DNA of 64,000 bases from the NCBI GenBank assembly GCA_951406725.2, contig OX597827.1, positions 59,396,001 to 59,460,000 of the forward strand. Reading direction: 5' to 3'. Positions 26,741-41,362 of this stretch are shown one piece after another (the stretch's first letter is position 1; each line of letters begins with the position of its first letter). The position numbers and the translations under genes were made by a program. A model generated the notes under the pieces. It had not been told where the DNA came from and made no database searches. It was given only the letters and a program-made list of their open reading frames with translations. Source of the DNA: Octopus vulgaris. Its lineage: Eukaryota.

Positions 26741-26908
<168 letters not shown>

Positions 26909-27762
26909 AAGTAGTGAGGAAAGGCAAACAATTACCCAATGCAGGACAAGGATGTTTAATTTCATTTAATTCAATCTAGAAAACACCTGCATACTTCACA
27001 CAAAACAGTCCCGATGTCTGTCCTTAATACCATCAATAGCCAATATTGAAGGTTGGTCTGCAAGCTGGAAAAGGATGACAGAACGGAATATACAGCTAAA
27101 TTTAGTTTGAATTAAATTAAATTAAATGTCCTTGTTCTGTAGTGCCTAATTGTTTTCCTTTCCTCCATACTTTAACATATACTTATTGACTCAAAGGGAT
27201 GCCACCTCCAGCCGTTTTTGAACAAGACAATCACATATTTAGAAAATTAGACTCCAAGACACAAGTGCAGGCAATGCTGTTTATGAAAACCAACAGTCGC
27301 CCGTGCGTATCAGCCTCCCCTCTCCACACCACCAGTGTTATCCAAGGGAAAGGCAAAGGCCGATACAGGTTGGCACCAGTGACGTCACAGCTCATTTCTA
27401 CAGCTGAATGAACTGGAGCAACGTGAAATAAAGTGTCTTGCTCAAGAGCACAACACATAGCCCAGTCCGGGAATCGAACCCACTTCCTTACGATTGTGAG
27501 CCCGACTTTCTAACCATTGAGCTATGCGCCTTCACTAATAGGAGTTAGAAAATTATACTTGTAGGAGAAACACAGGAATTCTTCAGAGAGAGAATTAAAT
27601 CATGTTAATTGATAAACATTAATTAAAAAAACCCTCAATTCTATACTTTGTAATACGTACGTTTTATTAATAAAAGAAAGATATTGTTTGTCAAACATAG
27701 AAGAAAAACAACAATATAGTTTGTCAAACATAATTATCATTGTTGTTTACTAGTTTCAGTCA

Positions 27763-28004
27763 ACCAGCATCGGTTGTCAAGCGATGTTGGGGGACAAACA
27801 CAGACACACAAACACATACACACACATACATGTATATACATATATACGACGGGATTCTTTCAGTTTCCGTCTACCAAATCCACTCACAAGGCTTTGGTCA
27901 GCCCGAGGCTATAGTAGAAGACACTTGCCCAAGGTGCCACGCAGTGGGACTGAACCCGAAACCATGTAGTTCGTAAGCAAGCTACTTACCACACAGCCAC
28001 TCCT
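27763..28004 (-). mobile_element. SINE family B copy, ~75 bp from Slit donor
   Basis: Reverse complement of family B 5' half. Confidence 0.85.
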
Positions 28005-28077
28005 ACGACGATAACAAAAACAAAAAAATAGGTACTGCTTATAAACGGAAATAAAAAGGAGAAATTAACCTTCTTAC

Positions 28078-28241
28078 CAGCACATTTGAAATCCTTCGCT
28101 TGTAGCACTTCTATGGCCTGATTCCTGAGAATCATGGGTTCATAGCATTTGGTAAAAAGTCCCAGTCGAGGGTTCTTTCTCAACCATATTGCCAACCAGC
28201 TGAGATGACAGTCGCACACCAAGTTATTGTCACCGATACGT
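28078..28241 (-). CDS. slit: Slit, 164-nt exon, LRRCT cap of D1
   Basis: tttag|ACGTATC...TGCTG|gtaaga; RIGDNNLVCDCHLSWLAIWLRKNPRLGLFTKCYEPMILRNQAIEVLQAKDFKCA; phase 2-1. Confidence 0.97.
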
Positions 28242-28261
28242 CTAAACGAAAAGCAAATAAT

Positions 28262-28335
<74 letters not shown>

Positions 28336-28489
28336 GAAAAAGAAGGAGGAGGAGAAGAAGAAGAAGAAGAAGAAGAAGAAGAAGAAGAAGAAGAAGAAGA
28401 AGAAGAAGAAGAAGAAGAAGAAGAAGAAAGAGAATGAGTTCATTTATTTGCCATCAGGGCGAATAATGATGATGATGATGATGGTGGAG

Positions 28490-28565
<76 letters not shown>

Positions 28566-28567
<2 letters not shown>

Positions 28568-28714
28568 TTCTTTACTACCCACAAGGGGCTAAACACAGAA
28601 GGGACAAACAAGGACAGACAAAGGGATTAAGTCGATTACATCGACCCCAGTGCGTAACTGGTACTTAATTTATCGACCCCGAAAGGATGAAAGGCAAAGT
28701 CGACCTCGGCGGAA

Positions 28715-28786
<72 letters not shown>

Positions 28787-28930
28787 CGTTCCAATTTTTG
28801 GCACAAAGTGATCAATATTAAGATGAGTTGATAAGTCGATTACATCGACCCCAGTGCTCATGCGGTTCTTATTTTATCAACTCTGAAAGGTTGAAAAGTC
28901 AAGTCGATCTCGGTGACATTTGAATTTTGA
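28566..28930 (-). mobile_element. SINE family A fragments between (AAT)n tracts
   Basis: Family A consensus. Confidence 0.8.
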
Positions 28931-29075
28931 GGGGAAGAGTTTGTGATATCAGTGACATCAGTACTTTTCTGGAACTTTATTCTATCGATCCTCGAGATGG
29001 CGAAAGATAAATTCGGGTTTGGTAGTGGCATGGTGTTCTAGTATTACAAGTGATACTTGTCAAAGCAGCTGCATT

Positions 29076-29215
29076 TACCGTAAATTCTCGAGTATAGTCC
29101 GCCCTTGAGTATAATACGCAGGGGATTTTTAGGGGGCTGTTTATGCTTTTGCTTTATCATATTAGAGGCTGCCTTTTGCAAAGTTTCTTTTTAGGGACGG
29201 TGTTATATACGATTT
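29076..29215 (+). mobile_element. pogo/Tigger-like transposon end
   Basis: TA-CCGTAAATTCTCGAGTATAGTCCGC...GAGTATAATACGCA resembles a pogo TIR with internal repeat. Confidence 0.5.
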
Positions 29216-29221
29216 GCAATA

Positions 29222-29621
29222 TTAAACCAAGAATTCATTATCAGAAACGCCGGCAGCATACTACCAACAAATATATTTTGTGGACATTTCAGTATATTGT
29301 TTAGTGTTTTCCGTAACATTTGCAAAACAGGAAACTTGAAGTGACGATGTATTACCGTTAACGAGTTATATTATGTTATATATATTTCACTCTACTATTA
29401 TACTGAGAACTCTTGTTTTTGTTAAACCAAGAATTCATTATCAGACACGCCGGCCGCATACTACCAACAAATATATTTTGTGGACATTTCAGTATATTGT
29501 TTAGTGTTTTCCGTAACATTTGCAAAACAGGAAACTTGAAGTGACGATGTATTACCGTTAACGAGTTATCTTATGTTATATATATTTCACTCTACTATTA
29601 TACTGAGAACTCTTATATTTG
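29222..29621. repeat. 200-bp tandem duplication (two near-identical copies)
   Basis: TTAAACCAAGAATTCATTATCAGA starts at 29222 and at 29422. Confidence 0.95.
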
Positions 29622-30828
29622 TTCGTGCTGTACATAAGACGTATGTATGCATGTATATCACACACACACACACACACACATTCACATCATATATATACAC
29701 ATACATATGAATATATGTGCGTTTATATAAATATATATATAGATATAGATACACACACATTCACGTGTGTCTATGTGTGGTGATGTGTGTGCGAGTGCAT
29801 GATTGACAGTATGTGAACAAGGCTGTCCTATCGGGTGTAATGTCTTAACTGTACTCCACCCTCTGTGAAAATATGGTCCGTGTTTACTTTGATTTTTAAT
29901 ATTCGTGAAAGGCGAAGCCATAACATAACATACCCTGTGTTAACTCGGTAATGGTATAACACTTTCACAGATCGATTCTTATTGTAAAGGTTAGCGGCGG
30001 CGGTGGTGGAGAAAAAGAGAGACAGAGAGAGAGAGAGAAAGAGAAAGAGAAAGAGGGTAGATTAGGGGTGTTCAGTATGGAAAAACCGGGTGAGGGGTTG
30101 CAAAGGTCAGGGTTTGGTCGTGGTTGGGTGGGCTCGAACTAGTGTTGATGGATGTTGCGGTTGTTGGGGGTACCGTCGTTAGCCGTGGTTGCGGTTGGTA
30201 ATGTTGTTAGCTGTGATTTGACACAGCCTGGTTGCCTGTTAGCTGTTGTTGTTGTCGTCGATGTTGTTTGTTGCTGGTTGGTTACAAGCCCAGATCTATG
30301 ATCAAAGGCGTTCCAGCCATACCCACCAAGTCTGTTATTCAAGCAATGTAATTTAAGACTTCATTATCCGGTGTGCCCTACATTATTTTTGAAAGAGACC
30401 GCTGTCTCCGTCAGCGTAACAATCATCATCGTCGTCATCATCACCGCTTTCATCATCACCACCACCACCACCACCACCACCACCACCACCACCACCACCA
30501 CCACCATACCACCACCACACCACCACCGCCACCACCACCATCAACATCACGGTGTTTTTAGAGTATGGATTTTGAGAGTGTTAGAGGAGGTGGTGTTCTT
30601 GATTGTAGTGCTGCTGGTGGTTACGGCGGTGGTATTAATGGTAATGGAAGTAGTGGTGTTGATGGCACTCGTAGTGGTAGTATACGTGCTATTGTTGTTG
30701 GTGGCAGCAGTAGTGGTAATGTTGGTGATGGTTGTAGTGTTGGTGACGGTTGTGATGGTGATAGTGGTAGTATCTTTTAGTGGTATTGGTAGTGTTAGTG
30801 GTCGTAGTGGGGTTGGTGATGTGATTAT

Positions 30829-31421
30829 GGTATGTATGTTTGCATGTATGTATGTATGTATGTATGCATGTACGTACGTACGTACGCATGTATGTATGTA
30901 TGTTTGCATGTATGCATGTATGTATGTATGTATGTATGTATGTATGTATGTACGTATGTATGTATGTATGTATGTACGTATGTATGTTTACATGTATGTA
31001 CGTACGTACGTATGTATGTATGATATATGTATATATGTATGTATGTACGTATGTATGTTTGCATGTATGTAAGTACGTACGTACGCATGTATGTATGTAT
31101 GTATGTATGTATGTATGTATGTATGTATGTATGTATGTATGTATGTATGTATGTATGTATGCATGTATGATTGTATGTACGTACGTACGTATGTATGTAC
31201 GTATGTACGTGAGTATATATGTTTTATGTATGTATGTATTACGTACGTATGTATGTTTGTATGATTGCATGCATGCTTGTATGTACGTATGTATGTACGT
31301 TTGTTTACATATATGTATGTACGTAAGTACGATGTATGTATGCATGTACGTACGTAAGTATATTTGTATGATTCTATGCATGTACGTACGTACGTATGTA
31401 TGTTTGTATGATTGCATGCAT
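30829..31421. repeat. (TATG)n/(TACG)n tetranucleotide field
   Basis: Direct inspection. Confidence 0.95.
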
Positions 31422-31801
31422 GCTTTACTCTTTACTCTTTTACTTGTTTCAGTCATTTGACTGCAGCCATGCTGGAGCACCGCCTTTAGTCGAGCAACTC
31501 GACCCCGGGACTTATTCTTTTGTAAGCCCAGTACTTATTCTATCGGTCTCTTTTGTCGGTCACCAGCATCGGTTGTCAAGCAATGCTAGGAGGAAAAACA
31601 CAGACACACAAACATATACACACACATACATATATATATATACGACAGGCTTCTTTCAGTTTCCGTCTACCAAATCCACTCACAAGGCATTGGTCGGCCC
31701 GGGGCTATAGCAGAAGACATTTACCCAAGATGCCACGCAGTGGGATTGAACCCGGAACCATGTGGTTGGTAAGCAAGCTATTTACCACACAGCCACTCCT
31801 G
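31422..31801 (-). mobile_element. SINE family B copy
   Basis: Reverse complement of 43923-44334. Confidence 0.88.
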
Positions 31802-32849
31802 CTTGTTTGTATATATGTATGTATGTATGTATGTTTGTACGTATGTCCGTGCGTATATACGTATACATGGCTGGTTCGTTGGTTAGAAGTAAAGAGAAGC
31901 AAAGTAGAAGAAAGTGCCAATGGTGAGGATTTATTCAAGGTGGACTTCAACCGGGAAGTGACCCACAAGCTTAGTTTCGTGACCTTCCTCTGCGGCACAT
32001 ATTGAATGAGACATGCAAGATCCAGTTATGAAACCGCAACGGACAACCGCTGACCTAATTATGGCTTTGAGTGACGCCTTCTGTAGTATGTCGGTCATAC
32101 GTGACCATAAGGCTTGGAAGCAAACTTCATAACCTCTCAGCCCTATCGTTTACAATTGCTTTAAAAAAACTGCTCTAAGAGTATTTGGCACAATATCCCA
32201 CAACTGGTTCATTATTTAGTCTCAAACGGCTTAATTCTGAATCGTACTTTTGTATTTCTGATAAAATTTTTCTTCTTGTAAATTGATACCCATGATATCG
32301 CCGCACACAACGAAAAATATCTCTAAACGCTTATGGATAAAATTTCATTGGCTTATAATATGTTAGGCTTCACAATATATCGTGATAAAACTGTTTTTCT
32401 TTATCGACACTGCCCTGGAATGTCACATGCGGATCCTAAAGTAACAGTATCTGATAAAACTTTGCAAAACACTTTTCCCTTCAAATATGTTTGTAGCATG
32501 TTAAATAAAATGATGAAATTACAAATATAATTTTGAAGTTAAGAATAAATTTTGAAAAATTACTATCTTCAGTATGGTGTATGAATATTAAAAAGAAAAA
32601 GACACAAAAGTATTTATGTTGAAAAGAAGTATTTTGTGTGTTTTGTGAAACACCGATTTTAATTTCAGCCATTTTAAATTTTGAGCATTTTCAGCAAAAA
32701 TGTCTCTTAGAAAAATTTTTGCACTTTTTTTTGAGAAGCTATGTGTTATTAAATTCTTAGAGTAAACAGGTGTTCTAATTGTAGAAACTCTCTTGTGATG
32801 TATTAGCCTGAGGAAGGTAGTCTGTATAGTTGGTATGGAAGAATAAAAA

Positions 32850-33170
32850 TTTCAAAGCATTAGTCTTGTAGAGAATTACATTCTAGAAAACACACAAACC
32901 GAAGGGAAAATACAAGGACTGTTCTAAATGTAATTTGGAAAAAGGAATGTGGAAAGTTGGAAACCAAATGAAAATGATGGGGTATTAGGGAGAAAAATAT
33001 ATTTAATGCGCCAAAGAATTTTGAAGAGAATTGCATTATATATACATAACTGAAACAAGACACCAGAAAAGTAAACCCTACAGGCATCGATAATCCCTTC
33101 AAATGTTCAACTTGTAACCGAGTTTGTCTTTCTAAGGTTGGTCTTGTTAAACTACTCAAGACTTCGTGGG
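32850..33170 (+). mobile_element. Old RTE-like LINE 3' fragment
   Basis: FKCSTCNRVCLSKVGLV matches the RTE C-terminal CxxC..SxxGL motif; many stops upstream. Confidence 0.55.
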
Positions 33171-33279
33171 TAAAAACAAGCTAATAATAAATCCGCAATG
33201 AGAAGCTAATAATAAATCCACAATGAGAAGTGTGTCTTTGGTGTCTTTAATTAGCTAAGCAGGATGAGAGTAAAAGCGA

Positions 33280-33356
33280 GTTTACAGCTGTTTCGTTGTA
33301 CCATGCTGTGGTAAATATGTATTTACCTCGTTGCAAATGGCAGACATCGCCAGAAC
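33280..33356 (-). ncRNA. Degenerate hammerhead motif with long stem II
   Basis: GUU-CUGGCGA-[long stem with GGUAAAUA/UAUUUACC]-GAAA-CAGCUG-UA-AAC; the inverted duplicate at 33411-33447 keeps CTGATGA. Confidence 0.5.
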
Positions 33357-33531
33357 GAAGCAGGCTGTGATATCTTGCGCTCTGTTCTTCTCTTTGTCTA
33401 TCTTTGCCTTCTTCATTCTGATGAAGTCTACCATTTGCAACGAGGTACATATAAGAATATATATATATGTATCTACATTTCTCTGTATGTATATGTAACC
33501 TATGTAGTTGATATATGTATGTATCTATAAG

Positions 33532-33568
<37 letters not shown>

Positions 33569-33973
33569 AATAGATAGATGTATATATACATGCAAATATA
33601 TGCATCCATTCAAACACACACACACTTATAAATATATGCGTGTATGTGTGTGTGTGTGCGTGATTGTGGTTGTGCAGATGCATGTGTATGCGAATGCGAA
33701 AAACCAGGTCAGGTTTTGTTCGAACTCACGTCCCTTTCTTTATCGAGTCGGCATACGATAAGAGGAGGCATTCCAGCAATGACCGTTTTATCTCTTTTTT
33801 ATATCGTTATTGTCTCACAACGCCTAATTTAATTGAAGACACTACAGTGTGATATGAAGGAGATTTGACAATTATTTCTAGCTGATTAGAGACCACATAG
33901 AAGCTCCGTCGCTCTGTAAGGGCAGTATAGTAAAATTTAAAAGATTTTAAAGGGAAATACATATGATACTTAC

Positions 33974-34045
33974 AAAATTCTCAATTTCTTCATATTTCCA
34001 AATATGTCTTTCGGGAATGTGGTGATGTTGTTTTTATTCAAGGTA
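33974..34045 (-). CDS. slit: Slit, 72-nt LRR exon (D1)
   Basis: tttttcag|TACCTTG...ATTTT|gtaagt; TLNKNNITTFPKDIFGNMKKLRIL (SLIT2 [24 protein letters not shown]). Confidence 0.95.
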
Positions 34046-34967
34046 CTGAAAAACAGAAATGGTGGGAAATGATATAGAGACAGGTTCAGTATATGTGCAC
34101 ATACACACACACACACACATACACATGCACGCACACATATACACACACACATACACACACACAAATACACACATAAACACACGCATACACACATACAAAT
34201 ACATACACACACACGAACAAACTAGCACACACAAACACATAACCATACACATACACACAAATACACACGCACACACACACACACACAAATACACACGCAC
34301 GCATACAAACAAACACACACACACACAAACACGCACACACAAACACATAAATACACAGACACATACACACACACACATGTCGGGCTTGCACACAGGTTCA
34401 CTCACAAGGTATTGGTCATCGATCCGGTGCTGTCATAGAAGACGCCCAAAGTGCAGCGCTGTGAGACTGAACCTGAAACCACGTGGTTACAAAGGGAACT
34501 TCTGGACCTCACAGCCATGTATGTGATTTTATATGTGTGTCTCTGTGTGCGCGCGCGCGTGTGTATGAGTGTGTGTGAGTGTGTGTGTTGTGTTTGTGTG
34601 TGTACGTGCGTATGAGAGTGTGTGTGGGGATTAAATTGTATCTAAGTACCATGTCGTTTTTCGTGGTTCCTATATAAGATTTCGCATGGATATTTGGGAG
34701 TACATCGCATTGGAATATTACTTTTGTTTTACACCTACAGGTTGGGATGAAGCAATCAAAACCGTGGTTTTTGATGCTCGCACCGGGTGGTGCGTGGTGT
34801 TATTGAGAAAATCACTTCATTTCACGTTGCTCTACGATCACAACGACACTTGACGAGCGGTACACCGTACAGACAATGTTGATTTATTGGAGGGAGTAAA
34901 CTCATCTATGGCGCAAACATTTCATCAATTTAAACAAATCACCTGTGCAGGTTATTCAGCAAGAAAT

Positions 34968-35200
34968 TGCGGCGAGCTGGCAGAAACGTTAGCACGCCGG
35001 GCGAAATATTTAGCGGTATTTCGTCTGCTGTTACGTTCTGAGTTCAAATTCCGCCGAGATCGACTTTGCCTTTCATCCTTTCGGGGTCGATTAAATAAGT
35101 ACCAGTTACGCACTGGGGTCGATATAATCGACTTAATACCTTTGTCTGTCCTTGTTTGTCCCCTCTGTGTGTAGCCTCTTGTGGGCAGTAAAGAAATAAG
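34968..35200 (+). mobile_element. SINE family A, full-length plus-strand copy
   Basis: GCGGCGAGCTGGCAGAAACGTTAGC...GAGTTCAAATTCC...GTGGGCAGTAAAGAAATAAG. Confidence 0.9.
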
Positions 35201-35240
35201 AAATTGCGGGACCCTAAATCAGCTGTTGATGGCAACAAAG

Positions 35241-35285
<45 letters not shown>

Positions 35286-35441
35286 CTCTGCCTGTGTATT
35301 TTGTGTGTGTGCCTCTGTGTGTGTGTATTTGTGAAGGACATTGATACCACATACACGGACATTTGATTTCGAGTGTGTCCCCTTGTTATTTGGTTTTTCT
35401 CCAATCAAGTGTTCACCAATATTTCTTCCTTTCTCCCCCCC

Positions 35442-35477
<36 letters not shown>

Positions 35478-36205
35478 ACTCTCTGTCTGTCTCTCCCTCG
35501 CTCCCTCTCTCTCTCTCGTATTAATATATTAGTCTTAATTAATTAAACATGCCGTCCGGCTGGTCACATTAGTTATTTTAAACGCATACTTTTTCCTATT
35601 TATTTTCCAATATTAGTTACTTAATTCTAATTCCTTAAGCTCCAGTGTTTACGTAACAATAATTTCAAGCAGACGGCACAGGTTTTAAAATTCTGACACA
35701 AGATAAAGCCACAGCTGTGAGAAATATATCGATTTTTCTTTACTCCTTTTCCTGTCTCTTGAGAACTCTTTATATTTCGATTCGCCGCGGTTTTGCCGCC
35801 TATTCAGGGTGGTAAAGTAATGGATGCTGGATTGTATTAAAGTAGTTCGTACGTTTCGTGGTGGTGGTGGTGGTGGTGGTGGAGGTGATAGAGACGGTGT
35901 TGATATGGTGTGAAGGGAGAAAGATGGTGACGGTTGTTGGTGGTGGTGATGGTCGTAGCGGTGGTGGGAGATGAGGGTGTTTTTATAAAGATTTTAAGCG
36001 TTTTTACGGCCGGGTATATTTGCTTAACATACTAAAGCAATTCTCAAGTACGAATGCATGAATGTAATATATATATATGTATATGTGTATGTGTATATAT
36101 ACATATATACACACTCACACACATATATAAACATACATCATTGTAAACACAGATTTACACATGCCTAGGTACATAGACGTAAATATGTATATACATACAC
36201 ACAAT

Positions 36206-36250
<45 letters not shown>

Positions 36251-37007
36251 AATATGTATGTATATATGCTTGTGAATATATATACATACATGCACACACA
36301 CACACACAGACATATATGTGCATGTGTATATATATGCATATCTATATATATACACACACTGAAAGACATTCATAAAGCCATTAGAGCTCTCTGTAGGTAT
36401 TTGCATTTATCACAATGTATGTATGTATGTATGTATTTGCATTTATCACAATGTATGTATGTATGTATGTATGTATGTATGTATGTATGTATGTATGTAT
36501 GTATGTATGTATGTATGTTTGCATGTATGTATGTATGCACATACACCCATATCTCGCACACATATGTTTAACCGTTTTCGCATTATATCATCAATATATG
36601 AGTCTTGTATATATAAACACGAGTGTATAAATATGTGCGGATCTACGTTTGTTTATTTCAACACGTTTATATAAAAGGCAAACATACATTTATAAAAAGG
36701 GCGTGAGAGAGACAGAGACACAGAGTGTATATATATATATATAGTATATATATATATATTATGTATGTATATATATATGTATATATATACACACACACCT
36801 ACATATATCTATATATGTGTGTGTATGTATATTAACAGAGAAAAAAGGGAGAGAGAGAGAGAGAGAGAAGGAATAGACAGAGAGAGTTTAAGTGATGGAA
36901 AGAAAAGGAGGAGAAGAGAGGTTACATAAACATACACGTATATATATAAATATATATAAATGTATGGTTGACAGGAAAGTGTTGGTGGGTTTTAAGTGTA
37001 GTATACA

Positions 37008-37057
<50 letters not shown>

Positions 37058-37119
37058 CATATTTATATATATACACATATATATGCATATATGCATACAT
37101 ACATACATACATACATACA

Positions 37120-37151
<32 letters not shown>

Positions 37152-37326
37152 CATGCTTTTGTCTGTGTGCCGATAAGTCCACCATGGCTATGTATGACAA
37201 AGTATTCGTTTTAGACGAAATGTACGTTCGTGTGTGTATCTCTCCCCCTCTCTGTCTCTCTCAATATATATATATATATATATGTCTCTCTATTTATGTA
37301 TGTATGTTTGTGTGTATGTATGTATG

Positions 37327-37360
<34 letters not shown>

Positions 37361-38477
37361 CTTTCGTTGCGAATATATATACTTACACTCACACGCAATG
37401 TATATACGTACATGCGTTTATATAAATGCTTATGTATATGTAGTATTCATACATCAATACAGACGCACACATGTATATACATATATGTGTGTGCGTGTGT
37501 GAGTATGTCTGCGTATATGCGTGTGTATGTGCATGTATTTATATACGTGTATATGTGTGTCTATTCGCGAAATGATATTTATTTATATCGGCTTACATGT
37601 TTGTTAGTGTAGTTCTCTACACTGGGTGGACGTAGGTCGACTTTGAAAGTGGGAAAAAGAGTAACACATTTTCCTTAAAATACCACTATTTCTACTATCA
37701 CCTAAATACTTGCACAATTTTCACAACTCATCACTACACATTACGCCGCCATTTCTCTTTATTTTTTTATCCACTTTCTCTGCCATTTTCCCCTCTGCTT
37801 TCTTTTACATTTTACCTCACTCGGCGTATTTTCTTTTCCACTTGTATTAAACAACCATATTTTCATTACCACTTGTGTAACAGCTATCGTGTCTGCTTTA
37901 ACACCTTTATATCAGTCTCCAAATTTTATTATTATTGTTGTTATTTACCATACCACCTACATACTTGTACCACTTTCATAGCCCATCACTATCACGTTTA
38001 ATACCTCTAAGCCACCATTTCCTCTCATTTCTAATTCATTTTCTCCGCCATTTTCCCCTCTGCTTTTCTACATATTACCTCACTCGGCTTTTTTTTTTTT
38101 TTGACCACATGTATAGAGTTTCAACGTCTGTTCAGATACTGATGTCGCAAATAGCCAGTGGACTCATTAAAAAAATTGTTTATAGCGACAGAAGCAGTAT
38201 TAATACTAAAAGTCAATTTTTATCTCCAATTTAACGCAGAAATTATGTTAGAACCCATAACACTGCGTAATTTAGCTTGAGAAGACCTACCATTATATAT
38301 ATATATGTATGTATGTATTTATAGTTTTTCCTTGGGGCTGGCCAGATTGGAACAATCTCGAGTATAACCAGCCGAAATTGCAAAGGTAATCTGGAACTCG
38401 ACTGAGGAAAGAAAACTTCGAATGAACCGTCCGTGTATTTTTCTTGTCCCTTTTTTGCAATCATCTGTCTCGATGTT

Positions 38478-38614
38478 TTGCGTTGGTATTACTGGGAAAC
38501 TGGGAGAGTGGCTGCATGATTTTCTGAAGGGCAGGAGACACCAATTCTCAGCGGAGTCCCACAGGGAACTGTACAAGGGCCACTACTATTTGTGGTGGAC
38601 CTCTCAGACATGCC
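38478..38614 (+). mobile_element. LINE RT fragment (CR1/Jockey-group-like)
   Basis: GITGKLGEWLHDFLKGRR, then after a frameshift SGVPQGTVQGPLLFVVDLSDMP. Confidence 0.75.
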
Positions 38615-38617
38615 CTT

Positions 38618-38676
<59 letters not shown>

Positions 38677-38799
38677 TCTCTGGGACATATTTAATGCATA
38701 TGGCTCGCATTATTGACATGAATTTATTGAGTTTCATATTTATGTCTTGCATAGAGAGGCTTTTAGGCCAGACCTGCTGGAGTATCTGTTTTCCAAGTG

Positions 38800-39000
38800 A
38801 CTAACAGGCAGACTTATAGAAATTTAGGGTGGATAGGGTTTGAGCGCTGTCTGTGCGGAGTTTATCTTTTGTTAATTTTGGGCCATACATTGTAAGTTCC
38901 TCATGTTATGGTCTGAGAATATAACTGATGATATATTTACGTCGAGGATAATTTCCACATTGTTTGTAAAACAGAGGTCCAGGACATTTTGTGTATGGTT
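38800..39000 (-). mobile_element. LINE APE-endonuclease fragment
   Basis: [28 protein letters not shown] (LDLxFTN...SDH motif). Confidence 0.75.
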
Positions 39001-39008
39001 GGCATACA

Positions 39009-39074
<66 letters not shown>

Positions 39075-39170
39075 TATTTATTTTTATTTCATCTAGTTTC
39101 AGCTCACGAGCTGTGGTCATGGTGGGGCACCGCCATTTGCTGGGGCATATATATATAAATATATATAGAA

Positions 39171-39240
<70 letters not shown>

Positions 39241-40116
39241 AATATAGAAATATATATATATATATGTATATATACATACATATATATATACATGCCTATA
39301 TATATGCATACATATATATATATATATATATACATGTATATATGTATATATGTATATATGTCTATAACAAATTAATAAATAAAACATATGCATATATACA
39401 TACATATATGTACGTACCTACATCTACATGTATATATACATGCATATATGGGTACAGGACACCAAAAAAACGTCGAACACCATGAGAAACGAAAACATAA
39501 ACACAAAACCAAGGAACTGGACATTTTTCTTAAACAACGAAAAAATAGAGTACAGGACATATAACACAAGGAAAATCCCCCTTCTTCAGTCGCCATGGTT
39601 TCATCTACTCCACGTTTCGAAGGTCAAGGCGAGACGCGACTTAGGTGAAACGTTCCTTCCCGCGAAGCGAATTAAATAGAATTTGAGATTTTTTTGCAGA
39701 GGGGTAAAAATGGTAACAAAAACAGGACAGTAAAGACAGTACAAAATATAAACAGTAAAAGACAGGACAAGGAGAATAACAGTAACACAGATGCATGCAT
39801 ATATTTGTATGTATGCGTTTATAAACGTACGTACGTATATAAGCACATACATACACATATGAAAACACATACACATGCGGTGATATTTCAAGACATGGAC
39901 ACTAACTCACGTGGATACAAGCTCAAAGGAACACACGCAGGCATAAACAAATACGCATACACACATGTACGCATTCACCACCCATGTACATACTTAGGAG
40001 GGTGTGTCTACCAATGATTAAAAAAATATATATATACATAAATTCGCGCCCGCGTGCTTATATGTGTGTATGTATGTATCTATGTAATATGTATATATAT
40101 TGATATCTATCTATCA

Positions 40117-40156
<40 letters not shown>

Positions 40157-40590
40157 CTCTCTCTCTCCCTCTCTGTATACACACACACGCGCGCACACGC
40201 ACACGCACACACGCACACATATATATATCTGTGTGTGTGTGTGAGTGTGTATGTGCGTGTGTGCGTAAATATATATAATGAAATATATATGTATAAATCT
40301 ATGTAGAGATATGTTTATGTATATATATTAATATTTATATAGATAATTATAAATATATACGTGTGTGAGTGTGTGTATATATAGGTATGCATATATATAC
40401 ATGTATATATATATATATATGAATATATATACATATTATATATATATAATGTATATATATATACACACAGAAACACACACGCGTTTACATAAATATATAG
40501 GTATATATGCATACATATATATATATGTGTATATATATATAAATATAATATATATATATATATATATATAAATATACGTGTATTTATGTA

Positions 40591-40643
<53 letters not shown>

Positions 40644-41186
40644 GCATACGCTCATAGTAAAAATGAAGCAAGCATAAGAGAGGTCTAGTGTTTATTTAAG
40701 TTGGTTTTTCTTCCCTGTCTTACTGTTTTATTCCCGTCAAAACCTCTGACCCAAATTGAATAAAGCAGACGACATCAAACATATCAACATCGCCCGAATA
40801 AACATACGACTGAAGTCGATTTCTTGGACTTTGACTTACGCCGTCATTTGCTATTCTTTTATTTCTGCCTCACTCTTCTCTCTCCCCCCTCCTTCTCTCT
40901 TTCTTCTCTCACCCTTTTTAACCTGTTTTTCGGTCTGTCTCTCTGTCTATCTGTTTGCTTCTCACTCTGTCAAAAGTTTTCCTTGTCTTTCTTTTTCTTG
41001 TGTTTGTTTGTTCCTCGATTTCGCTTTTGTTTTTGTACATCATATATATATATATATATATATATAAGTATATACACACACAGACATACACACATATATT
41101 CATACATACATACATACATACAACAATATATAGGCACATATATACCGTTCCAGACATGTAATTTTACATGTGTGTGTGTATATGTA

Positions 41187-41236
<50 letters not shown>

Positions 41237-41326
41237 TATGTTTATATACATATATAAATATATATATTGTCTATACATGAATATATATAAACATATATAT
41301 ATATACATACATTCGTAAAAATATTT

Positions 41327-41362
<36 letters not shown>

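Noticed and set aside
26936-26975. Exon-like segment reading [14 protein letters not shown] on the minus strand
   Set aside because: Wrong phase for this intron (gives a stop); the true LRRNT exon is 21806-21947.
39570-39625. Permuted hammerhead (CGAAACG...CUGAAGA) on the minus strand
   Set aside because: Stem I does not pair and the triplet would be GUG; at best a decayed remnant.
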